Below are positions 11,911 through 26,119 of a stretch of DNA of 64,000 bases, in pieces. Origin of the DNA: Lytechinus pictus (taxonomy: Eukaryota); contig NC_087251.1 of the NCBI RefSeq assembly GCF_037042905.1, forward strand, positions 31,064,001 to 31,128,000, in the 5' to 3' direction. Positions within the stretch are counted from its first letter, which is position 1; every line of letters begins with the position of its first letter. The notes below the pieces were generated by a model that saw nothing but the letters and a program-made list of their open reading frames with translations, did not search any database and was not told the DNA's origin. Both the position numbers and the translations under genes were made by a program.

Positions 11911-12801
11911 CCTACTATTTTTGTCTCGCGTGCATAGCAGAGCGAGACTATAGGTGCCGCTTTTCCGACATTGTAATGAATATTCATTGTTATGTTGGTA
12001 TTATGTGTACAGTCAGATCATCTGTAGAGTTATGAGTGATGTTTTAAAGATATATTTGTTTTGTTGTGAATACAGTTGACCTGGCTAAGAATATCTGTAT
12101 TACACCTACATGCAATCTGCGTCATTACAATCCTAGAATATCAACAAATCAGTACGATCTTCCTCAAGTTTTATAGATTATTTCTAAATGTCTATACTAA
12201 TGATGTAGGTCAGGTTTGGGTCCAGCGGAATTAGATGCAATAGTTTTGAGGGGCCAATTATTATGCACAAACAATAATGCCTCTGAAAGTGCATTTGTAT
12301 CCAAACTGGCTGGATCTGCCACTGATGTTGATAATACCTTGATCTCTTTAGCAGATTGAGATTCTTTCCTCAATATTTATTTTACCAGGGAAGCGTTTCA
12401 TGATAGAACTTGTCAGACATTTTATATGACAAAATCTGCCTTATCCGACAGTTACCATCGTAACAGTGATACTCAGTCAAACAAAATCAAGGAAAGTTAT
12501 CAGATCTGACAGCTTGTCGGATAAAAAAATGTTGATAAAATGCTCTTGTAGTGGTTTCAAGAAAGGAATTGTTAGACGTTTTATGCGAAAGGTCCTGTTG
12601 TATCCAACAGTTCAAGAGGAAAAGTGCTTCTTAACCAATGAAAATCAAGGAAAGTTGTTCGATCTGACTCCTTGTCGGACGAAAATGTTGATGAAATACT
12701 CCCTTGGTATCATATCAAAGAGATTAATGAACCGTATTTAATTCCTCAGAATGTGATGACGATGATAATGATGATGTTGATAACTTGTATAATTATTACA
12801 G

Positions 12802-12976
12802 TGTTTCCTGGAAGAGCCGGTCGTATCAGATATGGAGTCGGACCAGAGAGGAATACGTATGTCTTATGTGCCTGATGCTTTATACATGCTAGAGGAGAGA
12901 GGAGGGGGGTGTTCAGACCGATGGGTTAGCAGGGTCAGGCAATACCCTCCCTCAGTCATTGCTGGCTCATTCCCAG
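12802..12976 (+). CDS. BTBD7: BTBD7 coding exon
   Basis: Acceptor ttacAG; CFLEEPVVSDMESDQRGIRMSYVPDALYML...PPSVIAGSFP; donor CAG|GTAAGT; resembles the RMSxVPDxLYM motif of BTBD7. Confidence 0.87.
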
Positions 12977-15900
12977 GTAAGTGTGAACACATTCTTATTT
13001 AATCTTACTCATATTTGGGGGTGTTTCACGAGTAGGTAAGTGTGACTTAAAGTTGTCTCAAGGTGCCAACGTGCACATGATATTAAATGTAATTTCATTG
13101 AGTGAGTAACACTGAGCATGATCATACCGATTCAGGTGATGCGTCTTGTACCGCACACAACTTGGAAGTTAAGTGCGACTGAAGTCACGCTGAAATCTTT
13201 AGGTAACCCCCCCCCCCGCCCCCCCGATTTATGCTATTCTAATTGATATGTAAAAGGTTCAGCTCTTATCGTCCTCTAGATTCACTCTCGGCCGAGTGTG
13301 AATAGGATGGAATTTCATTGCATATAAGGAGATCTGGGGACCGTTTCATAAAGCTGTTAGTAAGCTACACACAGATGACTCTATTTTCTTTATGATATAC
13401 CCCATATTGTCCCTGGAATTTCAAGAAATAAAATAAACTTTGCCTTTATATGCTTGTTAACAAGAATTAAAATTGAGCGTGCTTTGGAATCGCTCTCGCA
13501 ACTGCCTAAACTGCCAAGTACCGAGCGACTCCCAACATGAAAATCGCTCCCGTCCAGTCTCTCAATTACGACTACATATATTAGTAGTCAGACAGCCAAG
13601 CCAGTGCAGCTGCAGTTTTTACTTTCATGCATCATCGCATTCTGACGTGTAACTGAGTGGATTTTTTAAAACCACGGGCACGGCGCTTCAGAAAAATGGG
13701 TATAGAGTTTCAAGCTCTCGATGTCCCTTGTACTATTTTTCAAAACGCTGCGTGGCACCAGGTCTCGCCGTAACTTTGAGAGCAAGAAATTTTCTTTTCT
13801 ATTGGATTAATTTTATAAGATACTATCCTGAATTTGCAAGAAAATAAGATCGTGAACTCTGAAGAAAATCACAGTTTTTTAATTTCGGAGAGTCCACTTC
13901 TCAAATATAAACTATGCCACTTGGTGCTCTGGAAATTTGGCGCAGATCCCGCAATATTCAGACCAAAATTAGGATTTTCTGTGGGGATATTTGGTGAGTA
14001 ACAGTCAGTGCCCGAGTGTATACATGTATTGGCGCTAATGCAGTTTCATACCCGCCTGTGTTGCGGGGATGATTGACTGTGAGGTAACTGAGCTGTGTGT
14101 TGCGGTGATGATTGACTGAGAGCTGTGCTATGTTCAGTGGCTGAGCTGCGCTAGCGTAGGCAGCTCCTAGCTTGAGAAATAATTGACATGGTGACGTTAG
14201 CTGTCAGGTTGTGATTGCATTGAATGCATTCAATATTTCATAAAATAATTTTCAAGTGAGTTTTTATCAAAAAGTATTTATGAACAGGATTCCTCTGAAT
14301 ACAAATTCTGTTCAAATTTGATGAATTTCATCCTTTTCAATTTGATCGACAAAATTGTATATTAAAAAAAGAAGTTAGGACAAGTAATGAGATACAAACA
14401 AGAATTAGATCTACATGTAAATGGACAACAATAAAGTAAATAATAATTCAACAATAACAATGAAGAAAAAATAAATAGCAATTAAATAAACAATGTTTAA
14501 CTTTATATAAATTTGTAAACAAGCAGGAAAAACTGTGATGCGAAACCATGCGCTGAATCGTTTTTTAAAAATGGCTCTCAAAAACTGAAAATAGCTCTCG
14601 TAAAATGAAAAATGGCTCTCCTTTATTGTTCAAAATGGCTCCCTAAAAATAAAAAGTAATTTCAACACTGGTAGGTATTACAGAAAAAATGACAAGGGCC
14701 AGCTAGTTTTTGCGTGAACAGAGTGTTAATTTTATTGCCTCCTTCTTTGTGGTCTCTTTAGAGCGCCAATTACAAAAGAAAATCTGAGCATCGTCGATAA
14801 AGCCAACCTAATTCTGGATTTTTCATACAACAGTAGCCATTTTGTTTTATGATCAACTGCAAAAATGAGTACATGAGTAATACACGGCTTATATTCTCAA
14901 ACATTGCCTAGAAGTGAATCATGCCCTGGGTGCTGGTCCACAAAGATTAAAAGCCAACATGCACATGGTATCCATCGTATAATCTCATTGATGTGTATAC
15001 AGTAGCGGATGTTCCCTGAGCCTGATCCAACGAATGCGGTTACAGAGATGCCAGCCATTAGGAAAAAAACATGATTATTACGCCAGTATGCTTTTAATGT
15101 TTGTTACTACACTTTTCAGCGCCAATAGCTATGTACAAAATTGTAATACACAGATAATACATTGCGCAGTGGTGAACTCATCCGAGGGGGGGGGCAAATA
15201 CTGCCATTGCATGCACCATTGTGTCACTTTGTTTTCATTGCGGTGCATAAAGGATTGCCTCGGCCGTGGCCGGAAAGCGGCGAATGTTCTTAAGTAGATT
15301 GCGTGCATTGCCTATGGAAAATTCTTGCATGAATCCATATCCACGCACGTGTGCGGATACAGGAAGTTATCTTTCCATGTTTTCAAAGCAACAAAGAAAT
15401 CTTAGGATTGTTACAATAGGCGCTGGTCAATTCTTTTTAATAACTTTTCTTGCATCGTGGATTAGAATTTGTGTCACTTCTTTGGATTGTTCAAATGGAT
15501 TATTTCATGTGATATACTGCAAAAGGATCAAATATTAACAATTAAACTGTGAGAGGATCTCGCGCTTGCTTATCCAGTTCAGCGAAGCCTCCAAACTTGC
15601 TACCCCACTGGGACAGGCGGCATTGGAACATTGTCTCCGTTGGTCCACCGCGGCACTGGTGGGCAAGATGTGTATTGCTACTTGAAAATTCTGCGTCAGA
15701 TATGATTTGATTGAACTGATTTTCGATATGGCGTCGGGTTCAAAGATAAAACAGACTCTCACGCATCCATATGATTAGAGTCAGTGATGTTGAAGAATTA
15801 ATTGAAACTTTTTTGAGGTAAGAAATGATGGGAATACCTTGGCTTTTTTATGTCGAAGCACACCTTTGCCTTGGCCTTGCCTTATTAGAGCTACACGGTA

Positions 15901-17434
15901 GTCCTAAAAAAAACTTCTTTTGTTTTTTGTTGTTCATTTACATCCCTTTGTGTACCCTTTCTATTTACATCAATCTGCAGATGAGCCCCATTGTGCATCT
16001 GATCTATACCACTTCAAAGAAATGAAATTGATACTACTGCGCAATGCTTATGAAATAACCCTTTTTATCTCAAAGAAATTTATGATAGTCCACAGTGCGT
16101 ATGAAATTACTTTTTTTACCTCAAAATTAGGATTTTTTAGCTTCATTTTATTTTGCATTAATTGACGAAGCAATACAGAGGTAAATTTAACAAATCAAAT
16201 AAAAAGAATCCTTAATTATTTAATATGGCTAAGGGAAAACACCTGGATGAGAGTTGGAGAAGCTACCTCAATGTAGGACAGGTTCGCTGAATTACCAGAT
16301 CCTGCATGCCTCCTTCCAAACTCCATCTAGGTCAGAATAAAAAACTAAAATTAAAATATCAAATAAAGTTAGACTACATATTAGCAACACAATGATTCCA
16401 TATGCTACTTGAAATTGAAGGCATATCCTAAACAGTTTCTTATTCAAACTCATAATTACAAGCATAAAAAGAGAAAATAACAATGAACATGATAAACTGG
16501 CAAGTATAGATTTCTCAGATATCTTTCACCAGTAACGAGGTATTTCTATTTTATTATATCATGGGTGATGTGCATGCCCATTTCTTTAGCTCTGAACAGC
16601 CAATATCTTTTGGGGCCCAATTAGCCCCCAGTCTTCAAATACAGCAGTCTAATACAGGTTAAAGGTGTAAGTCCACCATTGTGCCATCATGCACAGACTT
16701 AAACTTGGGTAGGCACTGTATAACCTGTTGTAGTATTACTATAAGGAACATGTCAAGAGAGGGGGCTGTAGTGCTGATAGTCCAGTGCAGAATTATACTT
16801 CAAATTAAACCCGTCATTTATTTTGATCTTTCTTGGATTTTGAGAGATACAGGAAGAAACGGAGAAGCCTCACAACTTGAGCAATATTGTTCAAGCTAGA
16901 TTGCTGTATACTGCCCTCTCACATTTGAAATTTGACAACCGATATCCTTTATCAGTCAAAAGAGGGAGCTATTTAACTTCTTCCTGTTTTCCAGCTTTGG
17001 TGTACTTTGGCCCCAACCCAAGAGTAATGTTCCACGGGGGTCATAACTGTGACCCGATTTGAACAATCCTTGGCTACAGAAATAATAGTTCCATCTGCTG
17101 ACTTGTTTACAAAGGCAGAAGTGCATTATGAGGAAGAAATGTCTTTGCTATCTTTACAATGGCACATGTTCATGAAGAGTGACAAAGCTGTGATCTCATG
17201 GGAGAAGAACATGAAAATAAAAGAGATGAGACAAAAGAATGGTAGGAGACATAAAGGAGACTAAACCATGTGGAGACATGAAACATCTAGGGTCTTCTAA
17301 AATCTTTATAGCTATATTTTCAGATCATTGTTCTTGATCTTGTTTTGGGTTCAATATGCATTTTTCTTGCATACTGAATCATGATTATGTGAGAACTTGC
17401 ATGAATGCGACCATGCTTGCAAATAGGTGTGTAC

Positions 17435-17975
17435 TGGGGGGGCACTCCCATTGACGAGTCAATACCAGGCGCGACCATGGGGTTTCGAAAACCATCCTAA
17501 GCAAGTATTTTTGATATTCTGAAAAAGCACCCCGATTGGCGTGTGAAACCCTACCGTTAACAAGTTTTGGAAACAAAATGGTACCCTTGGCAGGTATTCC
17601 CTGAATTGACCCCCTAAATAAGTATAACGATATTTTAATGGTTATGTCACAGATGTGATCACAGATCGGCTTTACATTTACTTTTGTAATACACAGGCCC
17701 GGTCTTAATTAAACCTAACTTCAGAATACGGGCCATAGGGTTTAGTACCGCCCAACTTCCCACACCTCGCTCAAAATGGACTGTAAACATGTAGTGCTGG
17801 CAAAAAAAGTACATCCTTTATATTTCAGTCTTTTTTATACCCTCGCAAATTTGACCGTAAACACGTAGCTTTCCTAGTGAAATATATATCCTTTTTCAGT
17901 AATTTAATGTTTTTTACACCCTTATTATGTTACATGAAACACAAGACCAAGGCTGGGACAAAATGGGCACAACAC
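17435..17975. mobile_element. DNA transposon remnant, family with GGGGGGCACT..ATTGACGAGT termini
   Basis: Left terminus is the inverse of the terminus at 50790-50838; internal 17810-17935 is similar to 50605-50740. Confidence 0.6.
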
Positions 17976-19580
17976 ATTCATATGTAGGGATATGATTGCT
18001 TTTTTGTTCTGAATATAAATTTGATTATCAAAATGATGTTTCCCTGTTGGACAAATAGTGAAAAAGCTTACTATGTTCTTTTCAATTTCAGAAGTGGATC
18101 CAGGATTTAATGTGGGGGTGCATAAAAAAAAAAAGATTCTCACCATTCACAAAGAGCATTTTCCTATTAAAAAAAATTGAGAAAAAAAATTGACAAGCAA
18201 AAAATAAAAGAAAATGTGGGTCAGGGGGTGGGGTGGGGCAAGACCAGGGATGGAATCTGAGCAATGGCATTAATTCATTTAGCAAGAAATTTATCCACAG
18301 GTCTTTACTCTATCTAGATGAGGTGATTGGGTACCCTATAGAATGTATCCCTTGAACGCATCAAGACCTGAAAGTCGTTCATAGTGTACCTCAAAATATA
18401 TTTTTTTCTAGATAGATGGCACAATGTATTATTAGATTTCATTTGTTATTAGGTATCTTAATAATCATTGCATTTTAATATGTCGCTCTAGCAATATAAA
18501 AAAAACTTTATTATTGCCAATTTAAAAAAAAATGATCATATTACCCAAAAGAAAATCCCCATCAAGACACTATTCCTTGATTTAAAATATCAGTATTTTC
18601 AGTAAAATTGTCATGAATCATTATACCTAATATAGAATTTAGCATACATATTCCATAGTGGCATGGTATTCAGAATGGTATTACAATTCTTTCAAATGAC
18701 AATACTCTCTAGAAAAGACAATGTCATTTTGTAGAAAACATGTCTTAAATTTAGAGGCCGCTTGGGTCACATGCAAACTAACAAAAGGCATGCCAAACAT
18801 GATATTTTGCTTGTATTTATTTATATTTAAAGAATGAAATTGATATAAAACAGGTGCTTGATTTTTGTTGATTTTGCTGTTTTGCTGATGAACTTTGAAC
18901 ATGTCTTTAGTGATGCTTTACAATGGCATATATTTTCAGAGGTTGAACTCTTGCCAAACATTGTGGAATCACTTATACTCCCAAGTCAGATGTACAGTAC
19001 GTCTCCGTCTCAGTACAATAAAGACACTATGATGCCTTTCGTTTGTTTTGATTTTCATAGATACTAGTACTTCTTACATTTCTATTTTAAGTGCATACAT
19101 GTACATCACATCAAACTCTTGCTTAAAAACGCTTTAATATATGTAGTTTATTTCATTGGTGATATTAAATTTTTGTTTAGTGCTTTTCACGTCATAACAG
19201 CATCTCTACGAAGCACTAACAGATATATTATTAATATTATGTCATTATATGCACATATCCATTTCCAGGAATGCTAATATTAAGTAAGTTAAAATCAATA
19301 AAATGTGACGAACTGTTAAGCAAATTCACAAGACCAGTAGAGCAAAAATTATAGAGGACAAAAATAAATCATAGGGAAAAAGGCCTGCACAGGATACATG
19401 TGTTTGACAGTGTATAATCGATTGATGTTAGTTCAAGGGCAGTATGTTATGAGAATACTGGATTGAACTGGTACTCCAGTTCAAGTGTATGGAAAAGGGG
19501 AAGGATGATCTGTTCACACTGTCAAGTAAACATGGGCTTTTGAAATGTGGATAGAATCATACATTTTTTTTTTTCATTTT

Positions 19581-19895
19581 ATGTAATTTAAGATAAAATC
19601 ACCACAGTAGGAAGATTCTATGCATGATGTAGCTTGTTTTTTTCTTTTAATTATGTTCTTTGTATACATGTGTTTTTCTTTGAATTGGATATCATGACTT
19701 TCTTCCTCTTGTGTGACAATCACCCAAAGGTGTTTTTTTTATACATGTAATTTATAAAATCACCACAGTAAGAAGATTCTATGCATGATGTAAATAGCTT
19801 TTTTTTCTTTTTTGAATTATGTTCTTTGTATACATGTGTTTTTCTTTGAATTTATATAATGACTTTCTTCCTCTTTTATGAGAATCACACAAAGG
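19581..19895. repeat. Tandem duplication, 2 units, period ~164 bp
   Basis: ATGTAATTTA..AAAATCACCACAGTA.GAAGATTCTATGCATGATGT...AATCAC.CAAAGG occurs at 19581-19730 and 19745-19895. Confidence 0.9.
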
Positions 19896-20051
19896 CAGAT
19901 TTAATTAAAAAAGAAACAAATTAAAATATGATTCTTGGTCCCATAAATCACCTTTCCTTTGCGTATAAAAATCTACAAATAACACACGACTATTTCCTTA
20001 CCATTAAATATCACTCATTTGACTTCTAGACTCCTCCAGACTGCTTACCCA

Positions 20052-20207
20052 GGCCCCGTAACACAAAGGTTAGCGATTAATTGCTTAATGAAATGGCCTA
20101 TCAAGATTATCGTTGCATGCGCATGTTGCTGATGAGACTGACAAGGAACCAATCGGAGTTGTTCTTTCAAATTAGCAATTAATCGCTAACCTTTGTGTTA
20201 CGGGCCC
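20052..20207. mobile_element. MITE with CAG flanks
   Basis: Perfect inverted repeat CCCGTAACACAAAGGTTAGCGATTAATTGCT; CAG on both sides. Confidence 0.85.
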
Positions 20208-21809
20208 CAGGTCTCAGTCTGTATTTGCCATTTATGTGATCTCATTGTCACATGCCAAATGAACTTTGATCTTTGTAGCATGTCCCTCATTAATTAGCCA
20301 TGATAGCAAGCAGAATATAGGTGTAAATTAATATCAAGTTGTGTGTGATGTGACACCTCTTGATTTATGCAGGTGTGTAGTCTGGTGTGTTTTATATTAG
20401 GATCCTAGATGGAAACATCAGATCAGGGTCCTTGCCATTGCTTTAAAGACCTCTTCATACCTCAGATTCTCTTGTTTAGACAGCGTAGAAAGGACATTAA
20501 GCCGTCCTTCACATTGCATGTTGAAGGCCTATCCCCTTTCCTTCCCATCTTGATGGCTCTGTGCATGCTATAAACTGCAACCTTTTACATGCTATAAACT
20601 GCGACCTTTTACATTTCCACTCATTATACAGATGGCCACTGCCAGGATAATGGACATCCAGACATATTTTGTTTTCAAGGCATCAAAATTTGCCATGTTC
20701 AAACAGTTCTTGCTGGGTTTGTCAGACACATTGCATTTTTTAAGTAGAAAAATAGTTTTTTGGTAAGAAATGAAAATGTTCTTAAAATATATAGTAATTA
20801 ATGCTCTACTTCAAAGAGTTTGTTACAATCCATTTAATGACAAGAAATTTGTCACTCTAGCACACATTTTTTTTGTCGTAAAAATTGTTTTAATTAGAGG
20901 AAAGGTAACACTTTTCATAGTATTGCAGAGATAACTTTATTCCTAAAGATATAGGCTTAGAAGATAACATGTTCTTGAAAAAAAAAATTAATTGCATACA
21001 CTGTAACATTTAGTTTACTGGTGATGGTGATAAAAATAGAGATTTACATGTAATATTGTAAATACTTGTAAATACTTATTTGGGGGAAGGGACTTTGTTA
21101 TTAACGAGAGTAAGTAATTTATCTTTGCAAATTATTGAAAAAAGGTTTTCATCTTTACACCCTAGACTGGGTTGACTTTAGTCACAGTCAACATTTAAAG
21201 AGAGAAACATAAAATATAGAGAAAAACCTTTTTACTGATTTTAATGTAGACAGAAAGCAAATACTTAACCATAAACAAAGTCATTGAGCTCAGGAACCAC
21301 CCTCAGAAACAATGTCATGTACATGGATTTCTAAGAATCCCTTTCTCAAACTTTGTCCTCGAAATTCAAGAGAATATTTGTTTCAAGTCTTGGCGAATTT
21401 ACAATTTTTTTTTTTCATTTTCGAGAGTATTCGAATGTTTTATTGATGTTTGGAAGAGTTCATAGACCATTGTAGCAACATCCCCTACCCCCAAATAAAA
21501 CAATGATAATGTTATTTATGAATATAATTGATAAAGATCAAAATGAAGTAGAAAATTAAAAGTAAATACTCAATAAAAAGAAATATCCACACCTGTATCT
21601 GTAAATGAAAATGTTTGCATATTTTTTACCCCCTTCTTCTCCATACTCTCCCAACTCTCCCGACTCCACCCCTTATTAAGAATGTAACTTCTAGAGTATT
21701 CTGTTAAAATAATGTTTGTCAGGTTTGACAAATGTAAATACATTTTACATGTAGGTTCTCCAGGTCTTTCCAACAAATCAAACACTAAACAGAATAACTT
21801 TTTTGCTTC

Positions 21810-22330
21810 AAAACAAGTCCACCCCTACACAAAGTTGATTGAAATAAAAAGAGAAAAATGCAACAAGCATAACACTCAAAATTTCATCAACATTAAATGC
21901 AAAATAAGAAAGTTAAGACATTTCAAAGTTTCACTTAATTTCACAAAACATCCAGGTATTTTATGATATGAATTATGAAATATTCTAACTTTCTCCTCAT
22001 TGTCATGTGAAACAAGGACTAATTCCTTCCTCAACATGTGGAATTGCCATTGTTTAAGAATATATGGTTCAGTCAAGTTGGTACTTATTGTCTAATCTGT
22101 AATAATTGAAATATTGTATAACAAAAGAAATAGTAAGTGAGGGACATCATCGACTGTCTCATTTGCGTGTCACTGAGTTGTGCATGTAACTGTTTTGAGA
22201 AAAATAAGTGATACTTTAAAATGTCATATCTTCCTTATTTTACATCCGATTTTGATGGAATATTCAGCGTTAATGCGTGTTTGATTTTTCTCTATTTATT
22301 CAAATCAAGATTTTCCTTGGGTGGACTTTA
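21810..22330. mobile_element. Degenerate copy of the 4397 MITE family
   Basis: ACAAGTCCACCCC ... GGGTGGACTT with the same internal sequence. Confidence 0.8.
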
Positions 22331-23169
22331 AATTATTTGCATTGTGGTTCACTGGGTCAAACCATGTAAAGAAAAGTTAATCTGAAGATAGTGTCATTGA
22401 AACCACAGAGTTCTTTTGTTAGGAAAAACCATCAGGTTCTTGGTAAAATGAAGGCATAAACAGGATGTCTCTTCTCTGGTATCATTATTCATGTTCTACT
22501 CATGTTCATAAGACTTTCTATGTGTTATTGAACTTCGAGAGAAGGCTAAATGATGTGAAAGTAAATTTTAGAACATTGCACAAGGAAATTCCCCTCCATT
22601 GTCTTTTTCTACATTTCTCCTTGTTTGTATTGAAGAGTAAGGAAATTTTCTCCATGTTTGGAACTAAAGACCTTTTCCATTTTCCTTCTAAATTTCTAGA
22701 AATGTAAGATAATAATTTTATTTTCTCCACATTAATTATGAAATTAATTATTTATCATTAAGAAAAATATAGTCTTATTGTTTTTTTGTTTTTTGTTTTT
22801 TAACCATAGGCTGTGGACTTTGTACTGATAAAAATTAACCAATTATTTTGTACTGTATATTTTCACCTTAATGTATTGTGTTATGGTTTTTATGAAAGTT
22901 GATGGTAGCAGCTGTTTTGAAGCGGTACACAAACACCCATCAATGACATCCTATACTTCTACTGAATGTGTGATCAATCACCAAGCAAGTTGCTTTATTT
23001 ATTATGTGTCTGATACATGCACATGACATTAATACTTGATAATGTAACTTTGAATAGGCTGCTATATGGGCTAAATCAAAGAAATAGCTACAAGAATTAT
23101 AATTATGTTTGGGACTCATTGTTAATGATTTATAGTTTCAATTTGCTATAAAAGTTTATATTTGATAGC

Positions 23170-23466
23170 GAGTTTATCTGTTTTCTTGGTAAGATATAAA
23201 GTCCATGTTACATTTCAACAGAGCCTTGAAACCATCAACTTTTAAGGGTTTATTTTTAAATTTGCAGATATGTAATATTTTAACAGGAGATATAAAGTTG
23301 AAAATTTCCCTAACTGGAGATTTGATTTGAGTACCAAATTCTATTATTGTTTCACTCCCGGTTGCTTTGTGTATAATCTTTCCCCATGATTTGTAATTTT
23401 GTATCTGTAATTATTTTGTAACTGTTGATGTTGATTTATATATTCAATAAATATTGAAAGATAAAA
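23170..23466 (+). mobile_element. 5'-truncated L1/Tx1-like retroposon 3' end
   Basis: 20-bp TSD AAAAGTTTATATTTGATAGC at 23150-23169 and 23467-23486; AATAAA and A-rich tail at the 3' end. Confidence 0.7.
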
Positions 23467-24130
23467 AAAAGTTTATATTTGATAGCCTGCAAAGCTTTTG
23501 ATGAGGAAAGTACTTTCGCCAGCAGTAATTTACTATGTTGTCAGAAATTGTGTGATAATTATTTTGTTATATTCTTAGAATGTGGAAAACATGAGTATGA
23601 TAATTAACAGGCCTGGAAAAAAATGAGACTATATCCAGAGGCCTTTGAACACTGGGCTGAGATTTATAATGAAAGTGGGGGGGCACCTTTCATCCATCAA
23701 ATAATACATTTCCCTCTACATTTATTGTCTGAGCATAATGCTCTGCCTCTCAACATGTATCAATTTCTTCTCATTTCATTTCATTCTTGAGAATTTATAT
23801 CCATCTCACTCATAATGTTTGATATATGAAGAAAGAAAGGAAAGAAGCAAATGTGGGCACTTTGTTATATAATGATAATAAAGATCTGATTGTTTATAAG
23901 GTGCTTAAATCTAAGCACTTTAATATTATTTTTCCCTCGTGTTTCAGCCTACTTGTATCACCATGTGAGGTGCTGACGATGAAGGGCAAATGAAATAAGA
24001 TTTTGCATCCTATATATGGCACTATAATATAGTAAAATAACAAGAATAAACAAGATGATCTAAAACACTGATACGAGTTTGTCATATATGTTTGTATAAT
24101 TGTATGTAATTTTGTTTGTTTATTTTTTAG

Positions 24131-24444
24131 CTCCTGATGAAGCTACTGTGAAGGCAATGCGAGTCAGGGAGAAAGAGCTTCAGCGCTCCGTCACAGCCAA
24201 AAGGGCATATTCCCTACGATGTACAGATCATGCGGCGGTTACTCGGGAACTCCATACCCGGGTGGTCAGAGAGTTTGGTTTCCCCGATGAAGCCGTAGAG
24301 GTTTTCGATAGCCCAGCAGAAGGTGGAGACTACGGGGGCCAGGGATCCGGGGGACTGGATGATAGTGATCTGGAGGTCTTTGGACGGATGTGGAACGATC
24401 TTCCAGATCTTCATCATCGTCATGAGCCTGCACATCATACCGAG
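24131..24444 (+). CDS. BTBD7: BTBD7 coding exon
   Basis: Acceptor ttttttAG; (A)PDEATVKAMRVREKEL...RAYSLRC...RVVREFGFPDEAVEVF...; donor GAG|GTGAGT; phase 1 in, 0 out. Confidence 0.9.
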
Positions 24445-25084
24445 GTGAGTTACATTATGAACAGCAATGGACAGCATATCATTCAGCTAATCCAGCCAGG
24501 CCAGATACAATGATGAGGTACCAATCATATAGTTGCCTCTTGTCGCGCTATATTTAACCCCGGCTTTAGCTCCATCTGCTAAAGGCACTTGGTGCGTGAA
24601 AGGAATTAATCCTACCAGGTACCCATTTACCTCACCTGGGTTGAGTGCAGCATTATATGGATCAGCTTCTTGCTGAAGGAAATTACACCATGGCTGGCTT
24701 GCTGTATTTTTTTTTGCACAATGGTGGGCATGTCCAATGTATTGAGTCTCATCCGGTTTCATTAGCCCCTGGCATCATTTTCAGTTGAGAGCAGGATATA
24801 TAGTGAAATAGGTATGTTAGTTCCTGCACTGAACATGATCATCTGGAAACTCGTATTTCTCTGTGGAAAACAAGGTCATTAATGAATCACATTGATAAGT
24901 CCCGGTAATATATTGATGAGGAAATGGTGCAGACGGACTCCAAATGTGTTTGTTTGGGGCCATCATGGTAAAAGGCTATTAGACTGCTGGGTACAATGTA
25001 TCTGCCCAAATGCACAAAGCAGATTCGTTCTGGTGACTGTAGCCCAGCCACCATCATGGTGAACAAGCACTTCAAAGAATGAAT

Positions 25085-25218
25085 TACAGTGGTGGTGGTG
25101 ATGATGATGTTGATGGTGGCAATGGTGTTGGTATTGATGATGATGATGATGATGATAATGGTGGTGGTGGTGGCGATGATGATAATGACAATGATGACAA
25201 CAATGGTGATGGTATTGA

Positions 25219-25252
<34 letters not shown>

Positions 25253-25316
25253 GGTGGTGGTGATGGTGGTGGTGATGGTGGTGGTGGTGATGATATTAAT
25301 GGTGGTGGTGATGATG
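25085..25316. repeat. Compound (GAT)n/(GGT)n microsatellite
   Basis: Direct reading; explains the low-complexity ORFs at 25079 and 25089. Confidence 0.95.
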
Positions 25317-25622
25317 AATAAAGGGATTCAGGTTTGATGATCCTGATATTGCAATCTTTCTGAAAATGGTGATTTATTCACAATGGTGATATAGATTGTG
25401 ATGACTAAAGAGAAACAAAACAGTAATCATTGTGATACCAGCATACCTGAGTGTCATTAGTTGCTATTGGTTTGCACTACATACTCTTTGTGTAAAACCA
25501 TTACTGAATCCAAATCGAATTGACTGTGGTGCTGATTTATATTTCTACGATTTCTACAATTGATTTTATTGATTATTGTCTATGAACAATCATAAAAATC
25601 GCCTCCGCTATTAAATGCATAA

Positions 25623-26119
25623 GGGGTATCTCACTGAGAGGGGATGCTTACGAACGTTGCGAATTTTGATTCACCAACTTCTGTGAGGAATGTTGCAAAA
25701 CTCTTACAAATGTTCGTTTGCGATCTATCAAAATTTGTTTGCCCACTGCTTTAAAACAGACAAAAAATATGTTCGCAAAAATTCAACACACAGTTTTTAT
25801 CAGTGGGTCTTTCTTATACAGGAGCCATGTGGTCATTTGGTTGCTATCATAATAGCGAATAAACAGTCATATTGTCTTGCATCATTTGCAAATTCTTAAC
25901 AACTCTCTTGCGAACGCTAAAAACTGTTTGTGAAAAAATAGATTCAGAAAGAAATTTTTAAAAACATTTTCATAATTTATTAGCAATAAGAAAAACTGTT
26001 TGCAACGATGAAAACTGTTTATGAACTTTCTTGCAACCTTTTATGAACCCTTTACGAACCCTGGCAAAATCTCAAATTTGCTAAGTTTGCAAGCATTCGC
26101 CGCTCAGTGAGATGCCCCC
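25623..26119. mobile_element. PIF/Harbinger-like MITE
   Basis: TIR GGGGTATCTCACTGAG / CTCAGTGAGATGCCCC with TAA/TTA flanks; partial relative at ~44280-44750. Confidence 0.7.

Noticed and set aside
16995..19067. Phase-compatible acceptors at ~16994 and ~18938 as alternative terminal BTBD7 exons
   Set aside because: Short peptides with no recognisable homology; such acceptors are common by chance in AT-rich introns
20420..20520. Minus-strand small ORF MQCEGRLNVLSTLSKQENLRYEEVFKAMARTLI
   Set aside because: 33 aa, no homology or supporting gene structure
25079..25337. Gly/Asp-rich and Met/Val-rich ORFs
   Set aside because: Translations of a trinucleotide microsatellite
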